Below, piece after piece: positions 8,145 to 19,017 of a stretch of 64,000 nt of DNA; position 1 is the stretch's first letter, and each line of letters opens with the position of its first letter. Origin of the DNA: an uncultured Piscirickettsiaceae bacterium (GTDB lineage Bacteria > Pseudomonadota > Gammaproteobacteria > GCF-002020875); contig CAYQBY010000004.1 in the NCBI GenBank assembly GCA_964415865.1, forward strand, positions 4,285 through 68,284, in the 5' to 3' direction. Position numbers and translations under genes: made by a program. A model generated the notes under the pieces. It searched no databases and was not told the DNA's origin. It saw only the letters and a program-made list of their open reading frames with translations.

Positions 8145-8328
8145 TCGATAACACTACTCATCCAGTAACCAGACATAACTACCTAATACAACAACATTAA
8201 TATCCCTAACAATACCAGAGAACCACACTGAAACAATTTGAAATAATTGGAAATAACGGGGAAATGGTAATCATCTATAGTGTAACCAGTTATAAGGTTA
8301 TTAGATTATTTCATTAATGGAGTTTATT

Positions 8329-8478
8329 ATGGATAAGGCAACAAAAAGTACCATTCACATCATTATGGACCCACTGGTTGAGAAGCTAATCTCAGCAGTT
8401 GCAATCCTCATGTTTACTATGTTTGCCGTGCTTGCTGCCCAGCCAGTAATGCTTTTAGGGCTACTTTTCTGGCAGTAG
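8329..8478 (+). CDS. Small 49-aa membrane protein (not in ORF track)
   Basis: GGAG RBS, then MDKATKSTIHIIMDPLVEKLISAVAILMFTMFAVLAAQPVMLLGLLFWQ*. Hydrophobic C-terminal half. Confidence 0.5.
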   Translation: MDKATKSTIHIIMDPLVEKLISAVAILMFTMFAVLAAQPVMLLGLLFWQ

Positions 8479-8558
8479 AGAGGCAGCTCTGCCGCCTACT
8501 ACCGTAATCGGCTTCGGTAGCTTTAGTGGCCCACTACCGACAAGGCGGTAGTTCCCCC

Positions 8559-8597
8559 AAACAAAAACACCTCTCAGGAATCATCCAAAAGAGGTGC
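8559..8597 (-). terminator. Second (duplicated) intrinsic terminator
   Basis: Same hairpin and U-tract as 8682-8720, 123 bp further downstream on the minus strand. Confidence 0.65.
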
Positions 8598-8681
8598 TTT
8601 GAAGATATGGTAGCTACGGGTAGACTTGATCCGCAGGAGGCCGCCCCAGCGGCCCACTACCGACAGGGCGGCAGTTCCCCC

Positions 8682-8720
8682 AAACAAAAACACCTCTCAG
8701 GAATCATCCAAAAGAGGTGC
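8682..8720 (-). terminator. tRNA-Met intrinsic terminator
   Basis: Minus strand GCACCTCT-loop-AGAGGTGT followed by TTTTGTTT. Confidence 0.7.
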
Positions 8721-8730
8721 TTTGAAGATA

Positions 8731-8807
<77 letters not shown>

Positions 8808-8821
8808 ATAAAAGAGGGCGC

Positions 8822-8850
8822 ATTATATAGAAACGCCGCCCCTGCGACAA
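8822..8850 (-). promoter_or_regulatory. Stable-RNA sigma70 promoter for tRNA-Met
   Basis: TTGTCG-17 nt-TATAAT followed by a GC-rich discriminator (GCGCCC). Confidence 0.8.
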
Positions 8851-8855
8851 CAGTT

Positions 8856-9947
8856 TCAGACATTGAAACGGAAGTGGATTACATCCCCGTCCTGCACAAT
8901 GTACTCTTTCCCTTCCAGGCGCAGACGACCGGCCTCCTTGGCACCCTGCTCTCCGTTATGACTCACGAAGTCATCATAGGCTGTAACCTCTGCACGAATA
9001 AATCCACGCTCAAAATCGGTGTGTATCTTTCCTGCTGCCTGAGGTGCAGTGGAGTTTTTCTCGTAGGTCCAGGCTCGCACCTCTTTTACCCCTGCAGTGA
9101 AGTATGTCTCCAGCCCCAATAGTTGATAACCGGCACGAATAACTCGATTCAGCCCTGGCTCTTCCAGCCCCATCTCCTGCAAAAATTCGGCCTTCTCTTC
9201 ATCATCAAGCTCAGATAGCTCGGCCTCGATTGAGGCGCACACAGGAACTATCTCTGCCCCTTCACCATTTGCAATCTCACGCACCTGATCCAGATAAGGG
9301 TTATTCTCAAATCCATCTTCTGCAACATTGGCAATGTACATGGTTGGCTTGTTGGTAAGAAGATGAAGCTCGTGAAGACTCAGTCTCTCCTCTTCACTCA
9401 GCTGCATGGAGCGAACGGAACCCCCTCCATCAAGATGATCTCGCACACTATCCAGAAACTCTTTTCTTGCAAGTGCATCCTTGTTTCCTGAACGGGCAGT
9501 TTTCTCAACCCTGGCAATTGCCTTTTCAACAGTTTCCAGGTCTGCGAGTGCGAGCTCAGTATTGATCACCTCTATATCATTTACGGGATCAATTGTTCCT
9601 GATACATGGATGACATTTTCATCCTGGAAGCAGCGCACAACATGGCCAATAGCGTCTGTCTCACGAATATTGGCAAGGAATTTATTGCCCAGCCCCTCTC
9701 CTTTTGATGCACCAGCCACTAAGCCAGCTATATCGACAAACTCCATGGTGGTGGGAATCACCTTCTCGGGACTAACGATATCTGCCAGCGCATCAAGTCG
9801 TGAATCTGGCATTGGTACCATTCCCACGTTTGGATCGATAGTACAGAACGGATAGTTTTCGGCATCAATGCCAGACTGGGTCAGTGCATTAAAGAGGGTT
9901 GATTTGCCCACATTTGGCAGACCGACTATTCCACATTTGAATCCCAT
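8856..9947 (-). CDS. ychF: Redox-regulated ATPase YchF
   Basis: [29 protein letters not shown]-terminal TGS domain. Confidence 0.98.
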   Translation of the reverse strand: MGFKCGIVGLPNVGKSTLFNALTQSGIDAENYPFCTIDPNVGMVPMPDSRLDALADIVSPEKVIPTTMEFVDIAGLVAGASKGEGLGNKFLANIRETDAIGHVVRCFQDENVIHVSGTIDPVNDIEVINTELALADLETVEKAIARVEKTARSGNKDALARKEFLDSVRDHLDGGGSVRSMQLSEEERLSLHELHLLTNKPTMYIANVAEDGFENNPYLDQVREIANGEGAEIVPVCASIEAELSELDDEEKAEFLQEMGLEEPGLNRVIRAGYQLLGLETYFTAGVKEVRAWTYEKNSTAPQAAGKIHTDFERGFIRAEVTAYDDFVSHNGEQGAKEAGRLRLEGKEYIVQDGDVIHFRFNV

Positions 9948-9974
9948 AATTTTATACCTGTTGACTCCTGTCTG

Positions 9975-10559
9975 TTATACCTTGCCACGACTATGTAATC
10001 TGTTCATGGCCTTTGCCATTTCACCACCAGCAATTTTATCGAGCATTCGTTCCGTATCGTCCAGAGCATCATCAATCATCTGACGTGATGACTGCCCTGG
10101 ATTCCCCAACACATAATCTGTTACTGGGCCTGAGTGTTCAGGTCGACCTATGCCGACCCTAAGCCTGACAAACTCTTTTCCCATATGGGCAATAATATCT
10201 CGCAGACCATTATGGCCAGCGTGGCCACCACCCTGCTTTATTCGCAACTGCCCAGGAGGAAGATCGAGCTCATCATGTGCAACCAACACTGACTCTACCG
10301 GGATTTTATAATACCCAGCCAAGGCAGAGACCGCCTGTCCGCTTCGATTCATAAAGGTTGTTGGCTTCAACAACCATATCTGATTGCCATCCAGATCAAT
10401 CCTGGCGACCTCACCATGAAGTTTGGTATCCACCCTAAACTGGACACCATGTCTCTCTGCAATCAGGTCCAGAAACCAAAACCCGGCATTATGCCGGGTT
10501 GGTTCATACTTGGATCCTGGATTACCGAGGCCAACAATTAGAGAGATATTCTCACTCAT
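9975..10559 (-). CDS. pth: Peptidyl-tRNA hydrolase
   Basis: VGLGNPG...TRHNAGF, KPTTFMNRSG, HDELDL, GGHAGHNGL. Confidence 0.98.
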   Translation of the reverse strand: MSENISLIVGLGNPGSKYEPTRHNAGFWFLDLIAERHGVQFRVDTKLHGEVARIDLDGNQIWLLKPTTFMNRSGQAVSALAGYYKIPVESVLVAHDELDLPPGQLRIKQGGGHAGHNGLRDIIAHMGKEFVRLRVGIGRPEHSGPVTDYVLGNPGQSSRQMIDDALDDTERMLDKIAGGEMAKAMNRLHSRGKV

Positions 10560-10576
10560 GGCCAGGTCAGAGAGAG

Positions 10577-11254
10577 TTACTCCTCTCCAGAATCCTCAGA
10601 TTCAGCGTCGTCACCACCTTCAGCATCTGCACCTTCAGCATCTGCCTCAGCAACGGTCTCATCCTCTTCCTGAACTGCACGTACCTTCTGGACTGTTGCA
10701 ATTGCCTGATCATGATCATCACCACGAGCCAGAGCTGTGATGGTTACACCCTCAGGAAGGATAAGCTGTGAAAGCTGAACGGAATCACCAACATCAAGAC
10801 CCGTTAGATCAACCTCGATAAACTCAGGCAGATTAGAAGGGAGACAGCTAATCTCTACATCTGTCATCAGACGGCTAAGTATTCCACCCTCCTTGATTCC
10901 TGGTGCCGCATCCTCATTTACGAAGTGAAGAGGAACATTCATCTTCATCTCGCTCTTGCTACTGACGCGCATAAAGTCTGCATGAATAATCTTTGCCTTG
11001 GCTGGATGACGCTGAAGATCCTTAAGCACTACATCTTCCTTGTTGCCATCAACATCGATAGAGAGAATGTGGCTGTAGAAAGCCTCATTTTCCAGATTAT
11101 GCATCAGATCATCATGAACCATCATGACTGATGTGGGCTCTTTGTCGTCCCCGTAAATTACTGCGGGAACCTGGCCAGAATGGCGCAGACGGCGGGTTGC
11201 TGCTTTACCAAGATCACCACGTGGTGCTGCACTCATTTCAAAACTACTACTCAT
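10577..11254 (-). CDS. rplY: 50S ribosomal protein L25 / Ctc (long form)
   Basis: GKAATRRLR, VPAVIYG, HADFMRV, acidic tail; sits between prs and pth. Confidence 0.97.
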   Translation of the reverse strand: MSSSFEMSAAPRGDLGKAATRRLRHSGQVPAVIYGDDKEPTSVMMVHDDLMHNLENEAFYSHILSIDVDGNKEDVVLKDLQRHPAKAKIIHADFMRVSSKSEMKMNVPLHFVNEDAAPGIKEGGILSRLMTDVEISCLPSNLPEFIEVDLTGLDVGDSVQLSQLILPEGVTITALARGDDHDQAIATVQKVRAVQEEDETVAEADAEGADAEGGDDAESEDSGEE

Positions 11255-11324
11255 CTTTCTATCTCCAAAACGGCGGCCTGTTTAATGTTGGCTACCAATA
11301 ATACAAAACAATAAATTTACTTTT

Positions 11325-12290
11325 CTACTCCATGTAGAGCGAACTTACGGATTCTCCCGTATACATTCTGCGGATTGTCTCTGCCAATAACTCGGCTACC
11401 GAGATCTGGCGAATCCGTGCACATTCTGATGCATCAGCACCCAGTGGAATGGTGTCTGTAACCACCAACTCATCCAGCTCGGAGTTGGTGATATTCTCAA
11501 CTGCAGGGCCTGACAGCACTGCATGAGTTGAGTATGCATTGACCCTTGCGGCACCGTGCTCTTTCAGTGCTTTTGCCGCCTTGCAGAGGGTTCCTGCTGT
11601 ATCAACCATATCATCCACCAACACACATGACTTTCCTGCAACATCACCGATGATATTCATCACCTTGGCAACATTTGCAGCTGGACGACGCTTGTCGATA
11701 ATAGCCAGATCAAGCCCCCCCAGTAGTTTGGCGATTGCACGTGCACGTACTACACCGCCAACATCAGGGGAGACCACTATCAGGTTAGGGTACTCATGTC
11801 TCCAGATATCACCCATCAACAGGGGAGATGCATAAATATTGTCTACTGGAATTCCAAAGAACCCCTGGATCTGATCCGCATGCAGATCGATAGTCAGCAC
11901 GTGGTCAACTCCTGAACGACCAATCATGTCTGCAACCAATCGGGCTGTGATCGGAACTCTGGCTGACCGGGGGCGTCGATCCTGACGTGCATACCCAAAA
12001 TATGGGATGACTGCTGTAATTCTCTTTGCCGAGGAGCGTCGCAATGCATCAACCATCACCAACAGCTCCATCAGGTTGTCATTGGTTGGGGCACAGGTTG
12101 ACTGCAGCAGATACACCTCACGACCGCGAACATTTTCCTGGATCTCGGCCATCACCTCGCCATCACTAAAACGTTCTACTGTTGCACGTCCAAGTTTAAG
12201 ATTCAGGTGACGAGCAACATTACTGGCCAACTCCGGATTGGAGTTACCAGCAAACAGCATTATCTGATCTTCTATTGGTGCCGCGCTCAT
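11325..12290 (-). CDS. prs: Ribose-phosphate pyrophosphokinase
   Basis: [35 protein letters not shown]. Confidence 0.98.
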   Translation of the reverse strand: MSAAPIEDQIMLFAGNSNPELASNVARHLNLKLGRATVERFSDGEVMAEIQENVRGREVYLLQSTCAPTNDNLMELLVMVDALRRSSAKRITAVIPYFGYARQDRRPRSARVPITARLVADMIGRSGVDHVLTIDLHADQIQGFFGIPVDNIYASPLLMGDIWRHEYPNLIVVSPDVGGVVRARAIAKLLGGLDLAIIDKRRPAANVAKVMNIIGDVAGKSCVLVDDMVDTAGTLCKAAKALKEHGAARVNAYSTHAVLSGPAVENITNSELDELVVTDTIPLGADASECARIRQISVAELLAETIRRMYTGESVSSLYME

Positions 12291-12328
12291 TGTGTTTTAA
12301 ATTGCCCTAAAATTTTTGTCGTATAATT

Positions 12329-12402
12329 TGGTTCGGGTGCATGGATTCGAACCACGATTCGCAGGATCAAAACCTGCTGTCCTGCCGTTAGACGACACCC
12401 GA
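12329..12402 (-). tRNA. tRNA-Gln (TTG)
   Basis: TCGGGTGTCGTCTAACGGCAGGACAGCAGGTTTTGATCCTGCGAATCGTGGTTCGAATCCATGCACCCGAACCA: cloverleaf, canonical ispE-tRNAGln-prs position. Confidence 0.95.
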
Positions 12403-12411
12403 ATGTCTTTT

Positions 12412-13263
12412 TTAAACTGTGCTCAGAGGTGATCTATTAATCCCTCTAACCACAAAACCACTCCATTTTTCAGGTAGTTGTCCTCTAATTCGTTCGGCCT
12501 CTGCATGATCATTCAATGCAACAAACAGGCAACTTCCTGTTCCGGTCATCCTTGCATCTCCAAATTTGGAGAGCCATTTCAGTGCCTCTCCAACCTCTGG
12601 ATAGCGTGCAGTGACAACAGGCTCGCAATCGTTCCTTCCACCATCGGCCACAGAGCCACGCAGAAAGCCGGCTATTTTCGCTTTTGGAGTGTTTCGTGTC
12701 AATTCTTTCGCTTGAAAAATATCTGCCGTTGAGACGGAGATTCCAGGGTCAACAACCAAATATGTGCGCTCTGGTGGATCAATTGGTACCAACTCTTCTC
12801 CAACCCCTTCTGCCCATGCTGATTTTCCATAGATAAAGATCGGCACATCCGCCCCCAACTGCAGCCCTATTTCGGCAAGCTCATTCTCTGACAACTTGGT
12901 TGACCACAGGCCATTGAGGGCAACCAGAATTGTTGCGGCGTCCGAGCTTCCCCCTCCAAGACCACCACCAGCGGGGATCTGTTTATCTACATTTATTATT
13001 GCGCCAGATGTTGTACCTGTATGTTTCTGCAGGGCTTTTGCTGCGTGCACCACCAGATCATCCTCTTCTCTAACGCCTTCGAGACCTGCTGGACGTCTGA
13101 TTTCACCACTGTCTGTAATCTCAATTCTGATTTGATCCTGCAGATCAATAAACTGGAAGATGGTTTGCAGTTCATGGTAGCCATCATCACGGCGCCCTGT
13201 AACATGGAGAAAAAGATTTAGTTTAGCTGGAGCAGGCCAGATAGTTTGTTGTTGAATTGTCAC
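12412..13263 (-). CDS. ispE: 4-diphosphocytidyl-2-C-methyl-D-erythritol kinase
   Basis: PAPAKLNLFL, GGGLGGGSSDAA, MTGTGSC. Confidence 0.97.
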   Translation of the reverse strand: MTIQQQTIWPAPAKLNLFLHVTGRRDDGYHELQTIFQFIDLQDQIRIEITDSGEIRRPAGLEGVREEDDLVVHAAKALQKHTGTTSGAIINVDKQIPAGGGLGGGSSDAATILVALNGLWSTKLSENELAEIGLQLGADVPIFIYGKSAWAEGVGEELVPIDPPERTYLVVDPGISVSTADIFQAKELTRNTPKAKIAGFLRGSVADGGRNDCEPVVTARYPEVGEALKWLSKFGDARMTGTGSCLFVALNDHAEAERIRGQLPEKWSGFVVRGINRSPLSTV

Positions 13264-13268
13264 TCTCC

Positions 13269-13877
13269 CTACTGCCCAATCTGCCAGTTGGTTAACCTTA
13301 ACTTGACGCGCATATCTCCTCTCTCTATCACCACCAATGCGGGAAGCTCCAGCTCTCCAACTCGCTGATATCGACGAACCTCAACACTCCAACCCGACTG
13401 CACCATAAGCTGGAGTCGGTTGTTTTCGTCCAGCACCATGGGGAGAGCCCTGGAGTTTGGATCAGGCAACCCTTTAACCCAATAACTCGCCTCCTCTACC
13501 GGAAACATCCACCCGCTAACCTCAAATAGTAGCTGCTCTGGATCATTACCCTTATAGACTCCTCCCTCACCGGTCGTTAACTCCACGCCTGCCGGCTCAA
13601 TCCTGAGACTAAATGCTCCTGCACTCAAAACCCCGGTAAGATCCAGTTGTTGACTTACAGGGGTGTGTTGCCATAAGAATCCACTCTGCCCACCATCCAG
13701 TCCTGAACGGAATGCTACACGCCCATCCACACTCCATCTCTGAATGGCATAAAGCTGTTGTTGCCGAATATTCCAGTCAACTACTGCAACCTCTTGCTGA
13801 CGTTCCGGTGCAACCGAGCAACCGGCAATAAGCAGAGTTAGCACCCCATAAAGCAAGATGGAAAAAGTACGCAACAT
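13269..13877 (-). CDS. lolB: Outer-membrane lipoprotein insertase LolB
   Basis: Lipobox LIAGC, GRVAFR, YWVKGLP, QSGWSV; upstream of ispE. Confidence 0.9.
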   Translation of the reverse strand: MLRTFSILLYGVLTLLIAGCSVAPERQQEVAVVDWNIRQQQLYAIQRWSVDGRVAFRSGLDGGQSGFLWQHTPVSQQLDLTGVLSAGAFSLRIEPAGVELTTGEGGVYKGNDPEQLLFEVSGWMFPVEEASYWVKGLPDPNSRALPMVLDENNRLQLMVQSGWSVEVRRYQRVGELELPALVVIERGDMRVKLRLTNWQIGQ

Positions 13878-13892
13878 AATAAACAGAAAAAA

Positions 13893-15617
13893 TTATTGTG
13901 AAAAACGTTCCAGAATCTCAACTAACACCGGGTTGTTCTCATCCAGCTCTTTTGCAAGCGCCCAAACCTTGCTGGCCCCTTCCTGGTCTCCACTTACCCA
14001 TCTTACCTCCCCCAGATGGGCTGCCACCTCTGCATCCTGCTTGGCCTCTAGGGCGCGTGCCAAATAGTCTAGTGCATCTCCAATATTTCCCATCTTGTAG
14101 AGCACCCATCCCATACTATCAAGCACATAGAAGTCATTTGGGCGTAGTGCAATTGCCTTTTCCAGATAACCTCTCGCCTCTTCATAACGAGTTGTCCGCA
14201 GGGTAAGGGTATAACCAAGCGCGTTCCATGCATGGTAATTTTTCGGATTTTTATCCAGGATTGTCCACAGATCTCGCTCCAAAATATCCAATTTACCTGC
14301 CATATCACCAGCCATCGCCCTGGTGTAGAGAATATCCTCATTTCCCGGACTCAGCTCCAGAGCCTGGCTGTAGATCTCAACCGCATCCGCATAGCGACCT
14401 GCCTCTTCCAACAGCCCACCTTCAAGCAACAAAACCTGGATACGTCTACGGCTATCATGTAGAGACAGACCACGGAGAATTGAGATGCCGGCATCAACAT
14501 CAGACTCCGCAACCAGAGTTGACATCCGAATTCGTGCATTGAAGTAGATCAACCCATGGCTTACTGAGGCGTAGTGGGCAATTGCCTCGCGTCGATTACC
14601 AAGCCCCTCCTCCATCTCACCAAAGTAGTAGTTGGCCTTATCCTCCTGCCCTTCAATCTCCAGCAGGCGCGTCAGGAATGAACGAGCATGTTTATATTTT
14701 TTATTGCTGAGGTGAACCAGCACAATTGAGCTCAAAATTTCTGCAGAACGGGGACGAATATCCAGTGCGCTCTCAAACTGGATCACTGCCTCATAATCCC
14801 TGCCCTGAGCTAGTAGGGCCTGTCCGTAACGAATAAAGATATCTGCGTCATCGGGGAACTCCTCAACCTGCTCCTCGAGAAAACTTAATACTTCTTTGGT
14901 TCCTCCCAGAGACTCCAGAATAGAGACTCGCAACACAACTGCCTTACCCCATCCAGGACGCAGACTCAGAGCGCGATCAACTGACTCCATTGCTTTTTCT
15001 GGTTTTTTTGTCTTGGTGTAGTACCAGGCCTGTACATACCATGCCTCCGGTATTTTGATGGAGCGTCGCACCAACTCATGCAACACCTGACTGGCAGCCG
15101 CTTTATCCGGCTCTTTTCTTAACTGCTCCGCTATCAGCAGAAACGCATCAAGCACACCACGATCCGGTTCTTCTTTTTTCAGCTCAATTATTTTCTCGAA
15201 GTGTCTGACCGCCACATCTGGTTGATGATTACGCAGTAGCAAGGCCCCCATGATTCTTCTGGCATCAATACTATCAGGGTCACGCTCGACCCAGGTTTCA
15301 GTAGAGCTTATGGTTCGTGCAACATCCTGGCTATGAATGGAGAGGCGAGCACCACGCTCTGCAATTGCCGGATGATCACTCTGTCCGGTTGCACGTCTGT
15401 AATATTCATAGGTTGATTTATGATCCCCACGTCGCGCGGAGATCTCTGCGGTCAATACATTAAACAGCAAGCTGTCTCCAGGCTCATGGGCAGAAGGAGC
15501 AACTACACTGCTTTGAGGCTCCGCCAGAGTGCTGGTCATACTTGCGCATCCAGCCAGTAGTGCCGATAGAGTAAGGACCAGAATCTGCAATATTGAATTC
15601 ACTCTAAAAAATACCAT
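13893..15617 (-). CDS. TPR-repeat lipoprotein
   Basis: Lipobox LLAGC; TPR repeats, NALGYTL, DSMGWVLY, AAHLGEV. Start placed at MVFF; ORF track extends to 15665. Confidence 0.88.
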   Translation of the reverse strand: MVFFRVNSILQILVLTLSALLAGCASMTSTLAEPQSSVVAPSAHEPGDSLLFNVLTAEISARRGDHKSTYEYYRRATGQSDHPAIAERGARLSIHSQDVARTISSTETWVERDPDSIDARRIMGALLLRNHQPDVAVRHFEKIIELKKEEPDRGVLDAFLLIAEQLRKEPDKAAASQVLHELVRRSIKIPEAWYVQAWYYTKTKKPEKAMESVDRALSLRPGWGKAVVLRVSILESLGGTKEVLSFLEEQVEEFPDDADIFIRYGQALLAQGRDYEAVIQFESALDIRPRSAEILSSIVLVHLSNKKYKHARSFLTRLLEIEGQEDKANYYFGEMEEGLGNRREAIAHYASVSHGLIYFNARIRMSTLVAESDVDAGISILRGLSLHDSRRRIQVLLLEGGLLEEAGRYADAVEIYSQALELSPGNEDILYTRAMAGDMAGKLDILERDLWTILDKNPKNYHAWNALGYTLTLRTTRYEEARGYLEKAIALRPNDFYVLDSMGWVLYKMGNIGDALDYLARALEAKQDAEVAAHLGEVRWVSGDQEGASKVWALAKELDENNPVLVEILERFSQ

Positions 15618-15738
15618 CCGTTCGCTTGATATCCCAGAGTACCATGAAGAATCAGGCAAATGCATCTATTCATTCTTGTGTTTTCTAGAGGAATCAATCA
15701 AAATTCCACCCAATTGAGGAGAGACAGAACAAAACACC

Positions 15739-16995
15739 ATGACACTGCTTGCATTTGGGATCAATCACAAGACAGCTCCTGTTGATATTCGGGAGAAGGT
15801 CTCCTTTGCTCCGGAGAAAATTCCACACGCCCTCAAGGATCTGACCTCCAACTCCGACTTTAATGAGGCAGCCATCCTCTCTACCTGTAATCGTACAGAG
15901 ATCTACTGTGGGATGAAGGATTACAATGAGAACAGGGTTGTCGAGTGGCTCAGTGACTTTCATCGTCTGGAGAGCACCAAGGTAAAACCATATACCTATA
16001 TGCATCCTGACCATGATGCAGTACGCCATATGTTGCGTGTCGCCAGCGGACTTGACTCTCTGGTTCTGGGTGAGCCTCAGATTCTTGGACAGATGAAGAC
16101 TGCATTCACTGCTGCAAATGAGGCAGGGACAACCGGGAAAATTCTTAATCGTCTATTCCAGCACACATTCAAGTCTGCCAAACAGGTGCGTACCGATACG
16201 GCCATTGGCAGTAGCCCGGTATCTGTGGCCTTTGCGGCTGTCTCTCTGGGAAAGCAGATTTTTGGTGACCTGAGCGGAAAAACAGTCTTATTGATTGGAG
16301 CAGGCGAAACCATCGAGTTAGCGGCTCGTCACCTTCATGAACAGGGGATTGGACGCATGATTGTCGCCAACAGGACTGTCGAGAAGGCTCACAAGTTAAC
16401 GGAAGAGTTTGGTGGGTATGCAATTGCACTGACTGAGATCTCCGACCATCTGAGTGAGGCAGATATTGTGATCTCCTCTACTGCCAGCCCTCTCCCCATT
16501 CTTGGAAAAGGTGCTGTGGAGAGTGCTCTCAAGGATCGTCGTCATCGCCCCATGTTTATGGTGGATATTGCAGTCCCGCGCGATATTGAGCCGGAGGTGG
16601 ATAATCTTGAGGATGTCTATCTATACACAGTTGATGATCTGCAAGAGGTGATTCAGGAGAACATGAAATCCCGTCAGGATGCAGCCAAACAGGCCGAAGA
16701 GATTATTGACACACAGGTCATCCATTTTATGGACTGGGTCGATGCACAGGGATCTGTCTCCACTATTCGTGCCTTTCGCGCACAGGCTGATCGTACTCGT
16801 GAAGAGATGCTGAACAAATCCAAAAGAATGTTGGCAGCCGGTGAGGATCCCAAACATATTATTGATGTCCTGGCACATCAGCTGACTAATAAACTTATCC
16901 ATGCCCCATGCAGTCAGCTCAGAACTGCCGGCAACGATGAACGCAGTATCCTGATTGATGCCACCCGCACCCTGTTTGATCTAGACAACCATTAG
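15739..16995 (+). CDS. hemA: Glutamyl-tRNA reductase
   Basis: GINHKTAPV, STCNRTE, GEPQILGQ, IGAGE, DIAVPRD. Confidence 0.98.
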   Translation: MTLLAFGINHKTAPVDIREKVSFAPEKIPHALKDLTSNSDFNEAAILSTCNRTEIYCGMKDYNENRVVEWLSDFHRLESTKVKPYTYMHPDHDAVRHMLRVASGLDSLVLGEPQILGQMKTAFTAANEAGTTGKILNRLFQHTFKSAKQVRTDTAIGSSPVSVAFAAVSLGKQIFGDLSGKTVLLIGAGETIELAARHLHEQGIGRMIVANRTVEKAHKLTEEFGGYAIALTEISDHLSEADIVISSTASPLPILGKGAVESALKDRRHRPMFMVDIAVPRDIEPEVDNLEDVYLYTVDDLQEVIQENMKSRQDAAKQAEEIIDTQVIHFMDWVDAQGSVSTIRAFRAQADRTREEMLNKSKRMLAAGEDPKHIIDVLAHQLTNKLIHAPCSQLRTAGNDERSILIDATRTLFDLDNH

Positions 16996-17080
16996 CTGCT
17001 TTTTTATTTTTCCGGCTCGCTGCTGTCAGGTTTGAGCTGTTCTCACTGCTACACCCCTCTCCACACAGACAAACAACCCC

Positions 17081-18169
17081 ATGAAAGATTCGATTCTTCT
17101 AAAGCTGGACAACCTCAGTGCTCGACTTGAGGAGCTCAATGCGCTGCTTTCCGATCCCGAGACAATCAATAACAATAATCGGTTTCGCATCCTCTCCCAG
17201 GAGCATGCCCAGGTTACCCCGGTTGTCTCGATCTATGAGCAGTATAAACAGATCCAGGATGATATTGAGGCCGCCAAAGAGATGCGGAATGAGAGTGATC
17301 CAGAGATGCGGGAGATGGCTGCAGAGGAGCTGGCTATTGCAACAGAGAGCGAGAGCGAACTGGAGCTTGAGTTACAAAAACTACTTCTGCCGAAAGACCC
17401 AAAGGATGAGAGCAACATTTTTCTTGAGGTACGTGCGGGTACAGGTGGAGATGAAGCGGCGATATTTGCTGGAGATCTGTTTCGTATGTATGCCCGCTAC
17501 GCAGAACAGCGACGCTGGCAACTGGAGATCATGAACCAGAATGAGGGTGAGCATGGCGGTTACAAGGAGATTATTGCCCGCATTGTGGGTAAGGGCGCCT
17601 ATTCACGCCTCAAGTTCGAATCTGGTGCACACCGTGTGCAGCGAGTGCCAGAGACGGAATCACAGGGGCGAGTACACACATCTGCTGCAACTGTCGCAAT
17701 ACTTCCAGAGGTTGAGGAGATTGATCATATCGAGATCAACACCAGCGACCTGAAGATTGATACCTTCCGTGCCTCTGGTGCAGGAGGTCAGCATGTCAAC
17801 AAGACCGACTCTGCAATTCGCATTACTCATCTCCCAACAGGGGTAGTTGTTGAGTGCCAGGATGAGCGTTCTCAGCATAAAAACAAGGCGCGAGCCATGA
17901 CCCTGCTCTCATCCCGACTACTTACCGCGGAACGGGATAAACAGAGTGCAGAGGAGGCAGAAAACAGACGTAATCTGGTTGGTAGTGGTGATCGTTCTGA
18001 ACGAATCAGAACCTATAACTTTCCTCAAGGAAGAGTCACTGACCACCGCATCAACCTGACTCTGTACAAGCTGGATGAGATCATGATGGGTAATCTTGAC
18101 CATATTATTGAACCATTGATCAATGAGCATCAGGCCGATCAGTTGGCGGCTCTTGCCAACGAGAGTTAA
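17081..18169 (+). CDS. prfA: Peptide chain release factor 1
   Basis: [23 protein letters not shown]. Confidence 0.98.
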   Translation: MKDSILLKLDNLSARLEELNALLSDPETINNNNRFRILSQEHAQVTPVVSIYEQYKQIQDDIEAAKEMRNESDPEMREMAAEELAIATESESELELELQKLLLPKDPKDESNIFLEVRAGTGGDEAAIFAGDLFRMYARYAEQRRWQLEIMNQNEGEHGGYKEIIARIVGKGAYSRLKFESGAHRVQRVPETESQGRVHTSAATVAILPEVEEIDHIEINTSDLKIDTFRASGAGGQHVNKTDSAIRITHLPTGVVVECQDERSQHKNKARAMTLLSSRLLTAERDKQSAEEAENRRNLVGSGDRSERIRTYNFPQGRVTDHRINLTLYKLDEIMMGNLDHIIEPLINEHQADQLAALANES

Positions 18170-19017
18170 TGACAACAGTTAGGCAGGCTCTGCAGCAGGC
18201 TTACAGCCAGCTTCTCCAGTCAGGGTCTGATACGTCCCATCTGGATAGTGAGATTATTCTTGGTAAGGCAATAGGGAAAAGCCGCACCTGGCTCCACACC
18301 TGGCCAGAATCATCTATTGATGATGCCGATTACAATCTTTTTGTGAGCCTTATACAGCGTCGTGCAGATGGTGAACCTGTGGCCCATATTGTTAACAAAC
18401 AGGATTTTTGGTCACTGACTCTCAAGGTAACAGCAGACACACTTATTCCAAGACCAGAAACAGAGGTTATGGTTGAACAGGCACTTGAATTCATCCCCCG
18501 CAATAGTGGATGGAGAGTTGCCGATATGGGTACCGGAAGTGGAGCTATTGCAATTGCGATTGCGAGTGAACGACCTGATAGCACTGTTATTGCCACAGAC
18601 AGATCTAGTGCAGCTCTGAGCGTTGCAAAAGAGAATGGCGCAGACCACAATCTGCATAATATTGAGTTCAGAGAGGGAGAGTGGTTTGCTCCATTTAGTG
18701 ATAGCGAACCTCCATACCAGATGATTCTCTCAAACCCTCCATATGTAGCCCAGGAAGATCCACATCTTGGTGAGGGTGATCTCCGTTATGAGTCAGATAC
18801 AGCCCTGGTGTCAGGAGAGGATGGGGTCGATGACCTCAGCTATCTGATAAGTAATGCGGAAATTTATCTGGCATCCAACGGAATTCTTATGGTTGAACAT
18901 GGATACGACCAGGGAAAAAAGGTACGCTCCCTGTTTAAACAAAACAACTTTTCAGGAGTCACAACCCTGCACGACCTTGCCGGGTTAGAACGAATAAGTT
19001 ATGGCACTAGAGTCTGA
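18169..19017 (+). CDS. prmC: Release factor glutamine methyltransferase
   Basis: LIPRPETE, DMGTGSGAIA, SNPPY. Confidence 0.97.
   Translation: MTTVRQALQQAYSQLLQSGSDTSHLDSEIILGKAIGKSRTWLHTWPESSIDDADYNLFVSLIQRRADGEPVAHIVNKQDFWSLTLKVTADTLIPRPETEVMVEQALEFIPRNSGWRVADMGTGSGAIAIAIASERPDSTVIATDRSSAALSVAKENGADHNLHNIEFREGEWFAPFSDSEPPYQMILSNPPYVAQEDPHLGEGDLRYESDTALVSGEDGVDDLSYLISNAEIYLASNGILMVEHGYDQGKKVRSLFKQNNFSGVTTLHDLAGLERISYGTRV

Noticed and set aside
8487-8502. 16-nt identity (CTCTGCCGCCTACTAC) with a segment inside ettA near 40190
   Set aside because: About one 16-mer match is expected by chance in a 64-kb self-comparison.
10616-10645. 15-bp tandem repeat in the rplY tail (ADAEG x2)
   Set aside because: Ordinary low-complexity acidic tail of long-form L25.
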